In this document: positions 19,372 through 30,071 of the stretch, piece by piece
Numbering within the stretch: position 1 is the first letter of the stretch
Layout of the letters: every line of letters starts with the position of its first letter
Assembly: GCA_964449385.1 (NCBI GenBank)
Contig: CAYUYO010000001.1
Span: 36,720 to 100,719, forward strand
Origin: an uncultured Candidatus Saccharibacteria bacterium
Lineage (GTDB): Bacteria > Patescibacteriota > Minisyncoccia > Minisyncoccales > CAYUYO01
Reading direction: 5' to 3'
DNA: 64,000 nucleotides
The notes under the pieces: generated by a model
Told to the model about the DNA's origin: nothing
Seen by the model: only the letters and a program-made list of their open reading frames with translations
Databases searched by the model: none
Translations under genes and position numbers: made by a program

Positions 19372-20571
19372 TTATTTCTCTATTTTTGTAACTACGCCAG
19401 CTCCTACTGTTTTTCCACCTTCCCGAATAGCAAATCTCTGTTTTTCTTCCATGGCAATAGGAGTAATTAATTTAACTTTTAAGTTAACCGTATCTCCAGG
19501 CATTACCATTTCCGTTCCTTCCGGTAAAGTTATTTCTCCTGTAACATCAGTAGTTCGAAAATAAAGTTGAGGTTTATAACCGGAAAAGAAAGGCGTATGT
19601 CTTCCTCCTTCTTCTTTGCTTAAAATATAAACTTCGCTTTCAAATTCAGTATGTGGAGTAATTGACCCTGTCTTAGCTAAAATTTGACCTCTTTCAATAT
19701 CTTCTTTTTTAAGTCCTCTTAACAAAATTCCTACGTTATCTCCGGACATTCCTTCATCCAAAATTTTGTTAAACATTTCAATACTTACGGCTGTAGTTTT
19801 TAGAACTGAACCTAATCCAACTACTTCTACTTCATCTCCTGGATGAACAACTCCTCTTTCAATTTTTCCAGTTGCTACTGTCCCCCGGCCAGCAATAGAA
19901 AAAACATCTTCAATAGCCATTAAAAATGGTTTTTCTTTTTCTCTTTCAGGTTCAGGAATATATTCATCAACAGTTTTAATTAAATCTAAAATTGGTTTAA
20001 CTGCTTCATCATCAATAGACTTTGCTTCAAGAGCTTTTATGGCTGAACCGCGAATTATAGGAGTTTCATCTCCTGGGAAATTATATTTTTTTAATAATTC
20101 TCTAACTTCAGATTCAACCAAATCAATAATTTCAGGATCATCCACCATATCGCATTTGTTTAAAAACACAACTATTGAAGGCAACCCTACCTGCCTTGCT
20201 AATAAAATATGTTCTCTGGTTTGAGGCATAGGGCCATCAGGAGCAGAAACAACTAAAATTGCTCCGTCCATCTGGGCAGCTCCAGTAATCATATTTTTAA
20301 TATAGTCAGCATGTCCAGGGCAATCAATAAGAGCATAATGTCTTTTTTCGCTTTCAAATTCAGTATGACAAATATTGATTGTTAAACCTCGGGCTTTTTC
20401 TTCGGGAGCCGAGTCAATCTGATCTATACCCTTTTCCGAAGCTTTCATTCCTTTCATTTTAGTAGTCTTAAGAATAGCTGCTGTTAAAGTAGTTTTTCCA
20501 TGATCAACATGACCAATGGTACCTATATTAAGATGAGGTTTCCCTCTTACAAATTTTTCTTTTTCTGCCAT
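19372..20571 (-). CDS. tuf: Elongation factor Tu
   Basis: [30 protein letters not shown]. Confidence 0.98.
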   Translation of the reverse strand: MAEKEKFVRGKPHLNIGTIGHVDHGKTTLTAAILKTTKMKGMKASEKGIDQIDSAPEEKARGLTINICHTEFESEKRHYALIDCPGHADYIKNMITGAAQMDGAILVVSAPDGPMPQTREHILLARQVGLPSIVVFLNKCDMVDDPEIIDLVESEVRELLKKYNFPGDETPIIRGSAIKALEAKSIDDEAVKPILDLIKTVDEYIPEPEREKEKPFLMAIEDVFSIAGRGTVATGKIERGVVHPGDEVEVVGLGSVLKTTAVSIEMFNKILDEGMSGDNVGILLRGLKKEDIERGQILAKTGSITPHTEFESEVYILSKEEGGRHTPFFSGYKPQLYFRTTDVTGEITLPEGTEMVMPGDTVNLKVKLITPIAMEEKQRFAIREGGKTVGAGVVTKIEK

Positions 20572-20634
20572 ATTTTTTTTATTATTATTTTACTATATTA
20601 TTATTGTATTGATTTCGACAAGATAGTCAATACC

Positions 20635-22734
20635 TTATTTCTTTTTACCCTCAATAATTTCCTGAACAATATTTTGAGGAACTGTTTCGTAACAATCAAA
20701 TTCCATAGTAAACGTTCCTCTGCCTTCTGTCAATGAACGAAGCGAAGTAGCATAACCAAACATTTCAACTAAAGGTATTTTAGCTGAAATAACTTTTAAA
20801 TTCAATCTATCAGCAGTCTCTTCAATTCTTCCTCTTCTTGCTGATAAATCACCAATAACATCGCCAAAAAATTCTGCCGGAATAACTACCTCTAATTTCA
20901 TAATTGGCTCTAATAAAATAGGTTTAGCTTTTTTGCAAACTTCCTGAAAAGCCATAGAACCTGCAATTTTAAAAGCTATTTCCGAAGAATCAACTTCGTG
21001 AAAAGAACCATCATATAGAGCAACCGAAAGATCTATTAAAGGATATCCGGCCACTACTCCTTTTTCCATCGCTTCTCTCACTCCTTTTTCAACAGCAGGA
21101 ATAAATTCTTTTGGAATAACTCCTCCTTTAATTTCATCAATAAATTCAAATCCTTCACCTCGTTCTTTTGGCTCCGCTCTTAACAAAACATGACCATATT
21201 GTCCTCGGCCTCCAGACTGTCTTATATACTTACCTTCGGCTTCTGCTTCTTTTTGAATTGTTTCTTTATAAGCAACCTGCGGTCTTCCAACATTGGCTTC
21301 AACTTTAAAATCTCGTTTCATTCTATCAACAATAATTTCAAGATGAAGCTCTCCCATTCCGGAAATAATTATTTCTCCTGTTTCTTGATCTCCTTTAACT
21401 CTAAAAGTTGGATCTTCCTCACTCAATTTTTTAAGAGCCAAACCCATTTTTTCCTGGTCGGCCTTGGTTTTTGGTTCAACTCTAATAGAAATTACCGGTT
21501 CCGGGAAAGTAATTTTTTCAAAAATAATCGGATTATTTTCATCGCACAAACTATGACCGGTAAAAGTACTTTTTAAGCCGACAGTAGCAGCAATGTCCCC
21601 TGTAAAAATTTCAGAAACTTCTTCGCGTTCGGCAGCATGCATTCTTAAAATTCTACCAATTCTTTCCTGTTTACCAACGGTCGAATTTAAAATATAAGAA
21701 CCCTTGGTCAAAGAGCCAGAATAAACACGAAAATAAGTTAAAGTTCCAACATACGGATCACTGGTAATTTTAAAAGCTAAAGCAGAAAACGGTTCTGTAT
21801 CTTCAGCTTTCCTTTCAATTTCCTGACCGGTATTGGGATCAATTCCTTTGGTCGACGGTAAATCCATTGGACTAGGAAGAAAATCTACTACTCCGTCTAA
21901 TAATGGCTGAACGCCTTTGTTTTTAAGAGCTGAACCGCAAAAAATAGGAATTAGCTTATAATTTAAAGTTGCTTTTCTTAAAACTTTTTTTAATTCAGCA
22001 ACCGTAATTTCTTCCTTTGCTAAATATTTTTCAACCAATTTTTCATCTTCTGCAGCAACTTTTTCTACTAATTTCTCCCGCCACTCTTGAGCTTTTTCTA
22101 ATAAATTCTCAGGGATTTCTGTTTCTTTTACAATTTGACCAAAATCACCTTCAAAAGTTACCATTTTCATATTTAATAAATCAATTACACCTTTGAATTC
22201 AGCCTCTTCTCCAACAGGCAACTGAACTGCAACAGCTAAAGGAGATAATTTTTGCCAAATAGATTTTAAACTCTTTTCAAAATTAGCTCCCATTCTATCT
22301 AATTTATTAATAAAGCAAATTCTAGGAACTTGAAATTTATCTGCCTGGCGCCAAACTGTTTCAGATTGAGGCTCTACTCCGGCCACGCCGTCAAAAACTA
22401 CTACTGCTCCATCCAAAACTCTGAGAGACCTCTGAACTTCTACAGTAAAATCAATATGGCCAGGAGTATCAATAATATTTATCCGGTATTCGTCTTTTTT
22501 TTCAGAATCAATTGACGTCCAAAAACAAGTAGTAGCCGCTGAAGTAATAGTAATTCCTCTTTCTCTCTCTTGATCCATCCAATCCATAATCGCTTTGCCA
22601 TCATGAACCTCGCCAATTTTATGAGAAATTCCGGTATAAAAAAGTACCCGTTCGGTAACGGTTGTTTTTCCAGCATCAATATGAGCTATAATTCCTATAT
22701 CCCTTGTACGTTCTATTGGATAAATTCTTGGCAT
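20635..22734 (-). CDS. fusA: Elongation factor G
   Basis: [27 protein letters not shown]. Confidence 0.98.
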   Translation of the reverse strand: MPRIYPIERTRDIGIIAHIDAGKTTVTERVLFYTGISHKIGEVHDGKAIMDWMDQERERGITITSAATTCFWTSIDSEKKDEYRINIIDTPGHIDFTVEVQRSLRVLDGAVVVFDGVAGVEPQSETVWRQADKFQVPRICFINKLDRMGANFEKSLKSIWQKLSPLAVAVQLPVGEEAEFKGVIDLLNMKMVTFEGDFGQIVKETEIPENLLEKAQEWREKLVEKVAAEDEKLVEKYLAKEEITVAELKKVLRKATLNYKLIPIFCGSALKNKGVQPLLDGVVDFLPSPMDLPSTKGIDPNTGQEIERKAEDTEPFSALAFKITSDPYVGTLTYFRVYSGSLTKGSYILNSTVGKQERIGRILRMHAAEREEVSEIFTGDIAATVGLKSTFTGHSLCDENNPIIFEKITFPEPVISIRVEPKTKADQEKMGLALKKLSEEDPTFRVKGDQETGEIIISGMGELHLEIIVDRMKRDFKVEANVGRPQVAYKETIQKEAEAEGKYIRQSGGRGQYGHVLLRAEPKERGEGFEFIDEIKGGVIPKEFIPAVEKGVREAMEKGVVAGYPLIDLSVALYDGSFHEVDSSEIAFKIAGSMAFQEVCKKAKPILLEPIMKLEVVIPAEFFGDVIGDLSARRGRIEETADRLNLKVISAKIPLVEMFGYATSLRSLTEGRGTFTMEFDCYETVPQNIVQEIIEGKKK

Positions 22735-22746
22735 ATCTTAAAAAAT

Positions 22747-23214
22747 TTATCGCGCAAAGTGGGCAAAAGCTTGATTGGCTTCAGCCATTCGATGAGTATC
22801 TTGTTTTTTCTTTACTGCCCAGCCAGTATTATTAGCTGCTGAAATTAATTCTTCGGCAAGTTTTTCCCTCATCGGTTTTCCTTTGGTTGTTTTAGCCGCT
22901 TTAATTATCCAACGCATAGCTAAAGTTATTCTTCTATCTTTTTTCACTTCTCTCGGAACTTGATAAGTAGCCCCTCCAACTCTTTTTGCTTTAACTTCAA
23001 GCAGAGGTGCAGTATTTTTAATAGCAAGTTCAAAAATTTCCAAAGGATCTTTCTTTGTTTTTTCTTTAATTATATCAAAAGCTTTATAAATAATTTTTTT
23101 AGCAATTGTTTTTTTACCCCGCCTCATTATCTGATTAATGAATTTAGTAACAATTACATTACTATATACAAGGTCAGGCACCAATGCTTTTCTTTCTTTT
23201 ATTTTATGACTCAT
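22747..23214 (-). CDS. rpsG: 30S ribosomal protein S7
   Basis: [23 protein letters not shown]; start moved to MSHKIK. Confidence 0.96.
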   Translation of the reverse strand: MSHKIKERKALVPDLVYSNVIVTKFINQIMRRGKKTIAKKIIYKAFDIIKEKTKKDPLEIFELAIKNTAPLLEVKAKRVGGATYQVPREVKKDRRITLAMRWIIKAAKTTKGKPMREKLAEELISAANNTGWAVKKKQDTHRMAEANQAFAHFAR

Positions 23215-23626
23215 TTTTCTTTTCACGTTTTGTTCCGTATTTTGACCTTTCCCGTTTTCTTCCTTCAACACCTCCTGTATCCAGTATTCCTCTAATTATA
23301 TGGTATCTTACTCCAGGCAAATCTTTTACTTTACCTCCTCTAATTAAAACTATTGAATGCTCTTGTAAATTATGACCTTCACCTGGAATATAAGCCGTTA
23401 CTTCCATACCATTAGTTAATTTCACTCTTGCTACTTTTCTTAAAGCAGAGTTTGGTTTTTTGGGAGTAACCGTAAAAACTTTTAAACACACTCCCCTCTT
23501 AAATGGAGAAAAATATCTTTTAGGCCTATTTTTTAAAACATTAAAACTAAAACCCAAAGCTGGTCTTTTTCCGGCTTTTTTAGTTTTCTTTCTATTTTTT
23601 TTTACTAACTGATGAATAGTAGGCAT
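23204..23626 (-). CDS. rpsL: 30S ribosomal protein S12
   Basis: [26 protein letters not shown]. Confidence 0.97.
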   Translation of the reverse strand: MPTIHQLVKKNRKKTKKAGKRPALGFSFNVLKNRPKRYFSPFKRGVCLKVFTVTPKKPNSALRKVARVKLTNGMEVTAYIPGEGHNLQEHSIVLIRGGKVKDLPGVRYHIIRGILDTGGVEGRKRERSKYGTKREKKNES

Positions 23627-23668
23627 ATACAAAAAATAATTTAACAAATAAATCTAAAAGTGTCAAAC

Positions 23669-24295
23669 CTAAAATAACGGCGTACCGACAATTAAAGCGA
23701 AAATCCAATTAATAATATAAACTAACCATTGAAAGCAAAAGAAAATAATAAAAAATAAAATGAAAATTCCAAACTGACTTAAAAATATTTTTACATTTTG
23801 AAATCTTTGAGGTAAAAAAGTAAATAAAATATGAGAACCATCTAAGGGAGGAATAGGCAGTAAATTAAACACTGCTAAAAGAATATTAATATAGATAATA
23901 TAAGAAAACATCAAAGTAAGACCGGAAAAAGTAGAAATTGCCGGACAAAATCTTAATAATAAACCAAAAAATAAAGCGATAATTAAATTTGCCCCGGGTC
24001 CTGCTAAAGCTACTTTAGCTGAGTCGTACTTCTGGTCTCTAAAATTATAAGGGTTAATCGGCACTGGCTTTGCCCAACCAAAAATAAATCCTCCTCCTGT
24101 TAAATTAGCGAATAAAATACAAAAAAGAGGTAAAACAACTGAACCAATTGGGTCTAAATGCTTCAATGGATTTAGAGTTAATCGGCCAGCATATTTTGCA
24201 GTCGGGTCACCCAAATAATAAGCCATTGCCCCATGAGAAACTTCATGAATAACAATAGAAAAAATTAAAATAATAATTAAAAATAAATACTCCAT
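23669..24295 (-). CDS. Site-2 protease (peptidase M50)
   Basis: HEVSH, AGPGAN, NLLPIPPLDG. Confidence 0.92.
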   Translation of the reverse strand: MEYLFLIIILIFSIVIHEVSHGAMAYYLGDPTAKYAGRLTLNPLKHLDPIGSVVLPLFCILFANLTGGGFIFGWAKPVPINPYNFRDQKYDSAKVALAGPGANLIIALFFGLLLRFCPAISTFSGLTLMFSYIIYINILLAVFNLLPIPPLDGSHILFTFLPQRFQNVKIFLSQFGIFILFFIIFFCFQWLVYIINWIFALIVGTPLF

Positions 24296-24372
24296 AATAA
24301 TTTCAATAATTTAATTATACTCTATATTAAATATTTTACAAAAATAAAAGTTTCTGTTAAGATAATTTTATT

Positions 24373-24561
24373 ATGGCAAAACAATGTGCAATTTGCGGAA
24401 AAAGAGGAATGATGGTTGGAAAAAGAATAAAATTAAGAGGCAAATATAATCCAACCATTAAAAAAAGAAAACACCCAAACTTACAATGGGTTCTTTTACC
24501 TTCTGGTAAAAGAGTTTTAGCTTGTACTAAATGTATTAAAGCAATAGGAAAACAGAAATAG
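24373..24561 (+). CDS. rpmB: 50S ribosomal protein L28
   Basis: CAICGK...KRKHPNLQ...CTKCIK. Confidence 0.85.
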   Translation: MAKQCAICGKRGMMVGKRIKLRGKYNPTIKKRKHPNLQWVLLPSGKRVLACTKCIKAIGKQK

Positions 24562-24568
24562 CTTTCTC

Positions 24569-24643
24569 CGGGGTGTAGTATAACGGTTAGTATTTACCCT
24601 TGGGGTGGGTAAGACCCGAGTTCAATTCTCGGCACCCCGACCA
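24569..24643 (+). tRNA. tRNA-Pro(GGG)
   Basis: Acceptor CGGGGTG/CACCCCG, anticodon arm TACCC-TTGGGGT-GGGTA, T-loop TTCAATT, encoded CCA. Confidence 0.93.
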
Positions 24644-24647
24644 ACTT

Positions 24648-24688
24648 TAAAAGAAATTAGAGACTTGTTCTCTGATTTCTTTTAAAAA
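24648..24688. terminator. Hairpin between convergent tRNA-Pro and ncRNA
   Basis: AAAAGAAATTAGAG-loop-CTCTGATTTCTTTT inverted repeat. Confidence 0.55.
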
Positions 24689-24705
24689 ATCCAACTAAAA
24701 TTAAA

Positions 24706-24841
24706 AGCCCTGCCGGCTTTTAGGTAGTTCTTCAGGAAAAATTTTCAAGTGGGATTCATAGAGGCAACCCATAGGTTACCATCATTTCAGATTCCCTTTA
24801 AAAAACTTTTGTACCAGAATCTATCTAAAAGTAACAGGGCT
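24706..24841 (-). ncRNA. Structured ~136-nt ncRNA, 6S RNA-like
   Basis: Ends pair (AGCCCUG/CAGGGCU, CUUUUAG/CUAAAAG); inner GGGA/UCCC pairing and apical GGUAACC/GGUUGCC hairpin; consensus promoter just upstream; no ORF. Confidence 0.55.
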
Positions 24842-24847
24842 ACTTTT

Positions 24848-24877
24848 ATTATATCTCTTGCTAAAAAGTTATGTCAA
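24848..24877 (-). promoter_or_regulatory. Consensus sigma70 promoter for the ncRNA
   Basis: TTGACA-18-TATAAT; the hairpin begins 7 nt downstream. Confidence 0.75.
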
Positions 24878-24919
24878 GCAATAAATCTTCAGTTTGTTTT
24901 TACTAAATTCTAAAGAGCT

Positions 24920-25987
24920 TTATAAGTGAAGTACTGCTACCATTTGTTTTATCAAGGATACTACTATCGGAGGAGGCAATAAACTGTATGAAGGAACTCC
25001 TTCATCATTAAGCACCTGCCAAGGCTTTTCAATTATTTTTATATTTTTAGTTTTCTCGTCTTGCTCATAGCTGTACTCTGGAGTAATTTCGTAATCATCA
25101 ACATATTCTTCTGCTTTTTCCACAGGAACCGTATTTCTTAAAAGAATTCTAGGGATCCCATAAAGGGAAAAAGCTTTTTCTATTAATTTTTCATCCATTT
25201 CTAATCTCTTTTGAATTGATTTAATACCTGCAGCGTCACCTTCTTTTTGAATCATCCGAACCTCTTTACAAAGAGGATTATCACAAATTAAATAAAATTG
25301 TTTTTCTTTTTTGTCATAATTTATTTTTGAAGTTGGAAGCAATTTCAAGTTTCTTGAAGTCTGGCAAAGAGGACAAATCCTTCTCCATTTAATTCTTTCG
25401 TCAATCACTTTTTCCGAAACATCAATCAAAACAAAAATATCCTGATCTTCTCTATACCCAATTAAATCACGGAAAAATAAAGAATAAGAAATTTGGTCTA
25501 AGTCTCTTGGAAAGCCATCTACAAAAAGAGCTTTCTTTTTTCTTTTGCTTATTTCTCTTTTAAATAAAGTTAAGATTATTTCAGTTGGTAAAAGCTTTTC
25601 CGTGCTCCTTTTCTCTAAATTGGAAACTAGTTCTTCCAGAGATAGAAATCCCCTATAATTCTTTTCTAAAAAATTGATTAATTCTTTTCTTTTTTCTGGC
25701 ACCTTTAATTCTTTATCAATCTCCCTAATTACATCTCCTATTGAAAAATGATCTATTTTCTCAAAATCAACTATTTCGGCAAACATTTTAGAATAAGTTC
25801 CTTTGCCAGAATTCTTTTTTCCTAATAAATAAACAATGAAACTATTATCTTTTAGAAAGTTTCTCAACTTTTTAATTTCTGCTCCTGCTTTCAATTCAAA
25901 ATAAGCTTTTCTTTCTGTTGGATCATTTAAGTTAAATTTTTGAGTTATTCCCTCTGTTTTAGTTTTAAAAACTGGAAACTGCTGCAT
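24920..25987 (-). CDS. Adenylate/nucleoside monophosphate kinase-like paralog with extensions
   Basis: P-loop GKKNSGKGT, VDGFPR, RRICPLC...CDNPLC LID. Confidence 0.8.
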   Translation of the reverse strand: MQQFPVFKTKTEGITQKFNLNDPTERKAYFELKAGAEIKKLRNFLKDNSFIVYLLGKKNSGKGTYSKMFAEIVDFEKIDHFSIGDVIREIDKELKVPEKRKELINFLEKNYRGFLSLEELVSNLEKRSTEKLLPTEIILTLFKREISKRKKKALFVDGFPRDLDQISYSLFFRDLIGYREDQDIFVLIDVSEKVIDERIKWRRICPLCQTSRNLKLLPTSKINYDKKEKQFYLICDNPLCKEVRMIQKEGDAAGIKSIQKRLEMDEKLIEKAFSLYGIPRILLRNTVPVEKAEEYVDDYEITPEYSYEQDEKTKNIKIIEKPWQVLNDEGVPSYSLLPPPIVVSLIKQMVAVLHL

Positions 25988-26101
25988 ATTTTTATTACAT
26001 AACTTATTTTTATTTTTTAATCAAGGTTAACAAACAACCCAAGGCCGAAAACTTTTACGACCTTGAGTTGAAAGTTGATTGCTCTCTTTTTAAGAGCAAT
26101 C

Positions 26102-26266
26102 CTATTTACCTAAAATCCTAAACATTTTTGTTCCGCATTTCGGACAAGTTCCGGTCATCGCTCTCCTCTTTGTTCCTCCTTTTCCTTTCATACTAACTTC
26201 TTTAGGATTCTCAATTTCTCTTTTTGCTTTGCACTTTACACAATATGCTGTAACTTTTTCTGCCAT
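26102..26266 (-). CDS. Small Zn-ribbon protein (DUF5679-like; not in ORF track)
   Basis: Manual translation MAEKVTAYCVKCKAKREIENPKEVSMKGKGGTKRRAMTGTCPKCGTKMFRILGK. Confidence 0.8.
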   Translation of the reverse strand: MAEKVTAYCVKCKAKREIENPKEVSMKGKGGTKRRAMTGTCPKCGTKMFRILGK

Positions 26267-26361
26267 AATTATTAATATATTAAAATTAATCTTTAAGGTT
26301 TTTCTCTCGACCTTTATTTCAAGTTTTCCACAGATTAACTTAGCTTAATTTAAGCATAAAT

Positions 26362-27222
26362 CTAAGTCAAGCCCGCACAAAGTTTTGAATATATTATTTC
26401 AATCTCTTTCTTAGTTTTTAATTTCGTTTCTAAAATCGGAATTAAATTGCTAATCGCTTTAAAAATTTCTTTATTATAAGATATTTTCCCCAAAAATTTT
26501 TCCTTTGCCCATTTTTCTATTTTATTACTTAGTTCAGAATTAATATCCCATTTATTTATTACTATTTGGTAAGGAACCTTAAAATGATTAACTACTTCTA
26601 AAACTCTTTTTAAATCGGAAAATCCGGAAAGAGTTGGTTCGGTAATCAAAACTGTAAAATCAGCTCCTTGTAAAGAAGCGATTACCGGGCAGCCAGTTCC
26701 CGGAGCCGAATCAATAATCATTAAATCATATTTGAATTTTTCTGCTTCTTTTTTTATTTCAGCTACTACTTTGCCCGAACCAATTTCCCCGGGATAAAGC
26801 TGTCCGGAAACTAAAGGAAAATTATATTTATTTTTTTTAATTTTGATTTCTCCATTTTGAACCGGTTTTAATTTAATTGCTTTTTTAGGACAAATCGCTT
26901 CACAAGCCCCGCACCCTTCACATAAAAATGGATTTACTTTGGGTTTTCCATTAATCATTTTTATTGCCGAAAATCTGCAATTTTTAGCGCAAAGTCCGCA
27001 GCCATCACATTTTTTATAATCAATTTCTGGCCGAGCAGAAACTGTTACTGGTATAATTTTATCCCATTTTTTTACTCCTCCAAGCCAAATTGCCAAGTTA
27101 GGTGCATCAGAATCGCAATCCACTGCTACTATTTTTCTATCTTTGGCAAAAAGCATAGCCAAAGTCGAACACAACATTGATTTCCCTACTCCACCTTTTC
27201 CAGAAGCAATTACTAATTTCAT
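26362..27222 (-). CDS. MinD/CobQ-type P-loop ATPase with inserted 2x[4Fe-4S] ferredoxin domain
   Basis: SGKGGVGKS, CDGCGLCAKNC, CEGCGACEAICP, DSAPGTGCPV. Confidence 0.9.
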   Translation of the reverse strand: MKLVIASGKGGVGKSMLCSTLAMLFAKDRKIVAVDCDSDAPNLAIWLGGVKKWDKIIPVTVSARPEIDYKKCDGCGLCAKNCRFSAIKMINGKPKVNPFLCEGCGACEAICPKKAIKLKPVQNGEIKIKKNKYNFPLVSGQLYPGEIGSGKVVAEIKKEAEKFKYDLMIIDSAPGTGCPVIASLQGADFTVLITEPTLSGFSDLKRVLEVVNHFKVPYQIVINKWDINSELSNKIEKWAKEKFLGKISYNKEIFKAISNLIPILETKLKTKKEIEIIYSKLCAGLT

Positions 27223-27785
27223 TTAAATTGTTCTAAGATTTTGAAATCTTCTTTTAAAGTTTCCTTCATATTGATATTATAAGTAACTACTGCTGGATGA
27301 TATAAAGGGATAATATTAATACTTTGAAAAAGGTTCTTGACTTTAAAAATCTCGCCATGGATTTTAGAAATTCCTTGAATTTGGTCTTTTAAACCATATT
27401 TTTCAAAAATATATTTTGTAGAGTAATTCCCTAAAGTACAAATTACTTTCGGCTTAATAATTTCAATCTGTTTTTCTAAATAAGGAGTACATGCTTCAAT
27501 TTCGTCTGCCTGAGGATTACGATTCTCCGGTGGGCGACATTTTAATATATTAGTAATATAAATTTCCTCTCTTTTTATTCCGGCTGATTCCAATAATTCA
27601 TCTAAAATTTTACCTGCTGCTCCGCAAAAAGGACGGCCAGTTTTTGCTTCATTTAATCCTGGTGCCTCACCAATAAACATTATTTTTGTTTGAGGATTTC
27701 CTTCTCCAAAAACTATATTTATTCTGGTTTTCCATAATTCACATTTCCTGCACTTCTCAACTTCTTTTTTTAGATCTTCCTTCAT
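27219..27785 (-). CDS. Family 4 uracil-DNA glycosylase ([4Fe-4S])
   Basis: CRKCEL, GEAPG, KCRPPENR, YHPA. Confidence 0.93.
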   Translation of the reverse strand: MKEDLKKEVEKCRKCELWKTRINIVFGEGNPQTKIMFIGEAPGLNEAKTGRPFCGAAGKILDELLESAGIKREEIYITNILKCRPPENRNPQADEIEACTPYLEKQIEIIKPKVICTLGNYSTKYIFEKYGLKDQIQGISKIHGEIFKVKNLFQSINIIPLYHPAVVTYNINMKETLKEDFKILEQFK

Positions 27786-28687
27786 GCTTTTAAAAAGCCG
27801 TTAATAATTAAATCTATCGCTTGTTTTTCCGAAAAACCTCGCATTCTCAAATAACTTAACTGTTCTCCGGAAATTCTTCCAATCGAAGCTTCGTGAGTAA
27901 GTTGAGCTAATTTATTTTTGCAAATAAGTTTTGGATCCAAAGAAATTACTGAATCTTTATCAACCATCAACCCCTGACAATCCAAATGTCCTTTACTTTC
28001 AGCTTCAGCTAAAATTTGAGAATAAGCCGAAATATTACTGCCTTTTTCTCCCACTAATCTAAGCTTTACTATTCCTGAAGCTCCTTTTTCAACTAATCGC
28101 AAAGTATCTTTAATTTCAGTTTCGGTTTGAGTACAATTTACTACAATTTTTACATTACAACTTGCTCCGGCGAAAACATCAAACGAGCTTACTATCTTAA
28201 GTTTTTTGGAAGTAAAAAGATTTTCATAGTTATAATCTAATTTTGAATTTTTTTCTAACAAAAATTTATAATCTGGCTCAACAATGTCTTCTCTACTCCA
28301 AGAATGAATATGTTTATATTTTAAAGTAGAACCTTCTTTTAAAATAATTTTTCCTTGAGCTTTATGAATTCCGCAAAGATTTTTACTTAGAGTATTACAA
28401 ACTCCCTGAATTTCTATATTTAAATTTTTTTCTAAAATCAAAAGATTTTGAAGCTCTTGATGAATTTTTTTTGAGGCAATAGAAACACAAGTAAAAAGAG
28501 GAAAGTCAACCTGTTTTTTCACCCAAATAAAATAACCTTCTTTTGGTTTCTTATTAAACCATTTTCTGCTCCATTTAAATTTTTCCCAAGCCTCAGGACT
28601 AGGTAAAATAATAATCCCTTTTACATCAAGAATATTTTTTGTTTTATGGTCAATCTGCCAAAAATGAGCACTTTTTACATTTTTCAT
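27782..28687 (-). CDS. SufB/SufD-family Fe-S scaffold (SmsB-like)
   Basis: GHLDCQGL, THEASIGRI..EQLSYLRMRG. Confidence 0.85.
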   Translation of the reverse strand: MKNVKSAHFWQIDHKTKNILDVKGIIILPSPEAWEKFKWSRKWFNKKPKEGYFIWVKKQVDFPLFTCVSIASKKIHQELQNLLILEKNLNIEIQGVCNTLSKNLCGIHKAQGKIILKEGSTLKYKHIHSWSREDIVEPDYKFLLEKNSKLDYNYENLFTSKKLKIVSSFDVFAGASCNVKIVVNCTQTETEIKDTLRLVEKGASGIVKLRLVGEKGSNISAYSQILAEAESKGHLDCQGLMVDKDSVISLDPKLICKNKLAQLTHEASIGRISGEQLSYLRMRGFSEKQAIDLIINGFLKA

Positions 28688-29375
28688 AACCGTATTTTTT
28701 TATAGTTCGTAAAACTTTTCTATAATCTTTTTCCTTACAAATAATTTTACCTTCAACCATTACATTGGTAATTTTAGGTTTTAAAAAATTCAAAATAGCT
28801 CCAGAGTGAGTAATTAGTAAAATAGAAACATTTTTATCTATAAGCTCTTTTTTAATTATTTTTGAAACCTTTTTTAACTTTTCTAGATCTAATCCTGAAT
28901 CAATTTCGTCAAAAATCACTAATTTGGCTTTTGAAACTAAAACTTGTAGTAATTCGGATATCTTTTTTTCTCCACCGGAAAAATCTAAATTAATTTCTCG
29001 CTCCAATAATTGAGATTCACCTTCCGAACGTTTTAAGGTTGAACCTTGAGATATTCTCGTTTTTGAAATTTTTTCAAGAAGTTGAGAAAGTTTAACTCCT
29101 TTTATTATCGGCGGCGTCTGCCAAGTTAAAAACAGGCCTAATTTTACTCTTTTTTCCGAAGGGAATTTAGTAATTTCTTTTCCTCTAAAAAAAATCTTTC
29201 CGTCCACAACTTTATATTTTGGGTTCCCTAAAATTGTCTGGGCAAAAACGCTTTTCCCTGAACCATTCGGACCGAGTAATGCTTGAGTCTCCCCTTTCTT
29301 CATTTTTAAATTAACCCCTTTCAGTATCTCCTTTCCGTTTCTTTTAACTTTTAAATTTTTAATTTCAAAAAGCAT
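28650..29375 (-). CDS. sufC: SufC-like ABC ATPase (SmsC-like)
   Basis: GPNGSGKS, FSGGEKK, FDEIDSGLD, LITH; adjacent to the SufB-like gene. Confidence 0.85.
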   Translation of the reverse strand: MLFEIKNLKVKRNGKEILKGVNLKMKKGETQALLGPNGSGKSVFAQTILGNPKYKVVDGKIFFRGKEITKFPSEKRVKLGLFLTWQTPPIIKGVKLSQLLEKISKTRISQGSTLKRSEGESQLLEREINLDFSGGEKKISELLQVLVSKAKLVIFDEIDSGLDLEKLKKVSKIIKKELIDKNVSILLITHSGAILNFLKPKITNVMVEGKIICKEKDYRKVLRTIKKYGYEKCKKCSFLAD

Positions 29376-29412
29376 ATAAAAAAATTGCAATTAATCCTGT
29401 CACATTGCTGAT

Positions 29413-29853
29413 TTATTGCTGAATATTTATAGTTGTAGAATCTTTCACATTAATATCTTTGTAGATTACTTCACAATTCAAAGTGTAATCTCCTGCTTTT
29501 ATTCCGCCACAAACATTACATCTCGGCAATTCATAAGAAAACGAAATTTTATTTATCCCCTTTTCTAAATCCAAAATTCTTTCCTTATTAAATCTACCAT
29601 TTATTCCCTCTACTTTAACAATAGTATCTTTTGTTCCAGAATTGGAATAAATCGCTATATCAAGATTTACTAATTCTGATGAATGGTATGTAGTTTTATC
29701 AGTAGAAATGTTTTCTATGGAAATCTCTGTTTGTGTTTCAGGTAATTTTTCAGATTGATTAGAAAAATTATTATATTCTTGTTTTAAAATATATCCTGAA
29801 ATAAGAACTAATCCTATTACTCCTAAAATTATAAAAAATAAAGTCTTTTTCAT
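29413..29853 (-). CDS. Membrane-anchored/exported hypothetical protein with CxxC
   Basis: N-terminal TM helix, beta-rich domain, PRCNVCGG. Confidence 0.55.
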   Translation of the reverse strand: MKKTLFFIILGVIGLVLISGYILKQEYNNFSNQSEKLPETQTEISIENISTDKTTYHSSELVNLDIAIYSNSGTKDTIVKVEGINGRFNKERILDLEKGINKISFSYELPRCNVCGGIKAGDYTLNCEVIYKDINVKDSTTINIQQ

Positions 29854-29864
29854 TTTTCCAATTT

Positions 29865-30068
29865 TTAACGGAGTGAATTTAATTCTTTAAGTAATTCTTC
29901 AAGGTCAATTTTATACATTTTGCAAACCTGACCGATTTTCAAATTTTCCATTTCAAATTTAGCAAAAGGACAATTTAAACAAGGCAAATCATATTTTGAT
30001 AAAATTTTCTCGGTTCCCGAGTATTTTAAAATCTCAGATAAGGTTGTATCTTTGGTAATTTTCAACAT
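29865..30068 (-). CDS. DUF1858-like small CxxC protein
   Basis: ITKDTTLSEIL..LPCLNCPFA..E.L...C....IDLEELLKELN. Confidence 0.75.
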   Translation of the reverse strand: MLKITKDTTLSEILKYSGTEKILSKYDLPCLNCPFAKFEMENLKIGQVCKMYKIDLEELLKELNSLR

Positions 30069-30071
30069 TTA

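Noticed and set aside
24706-24841. SRP RNA identity for the hairpin ncRNA
   Set aside because: The conserved domain IV motif with its GNRA loop is not present on either strand.
26324-26332. DnaA-box-like TTTTCCACA (similar at ~19018)
   Set aside because: Isolated single boxes with no cluster or dnaA nearby; not evidence for oriC.
29413-29853. Cytochrome c next to the CcdA-like gene
   Set aside because: The motif is CxxCG, not CxxCH.
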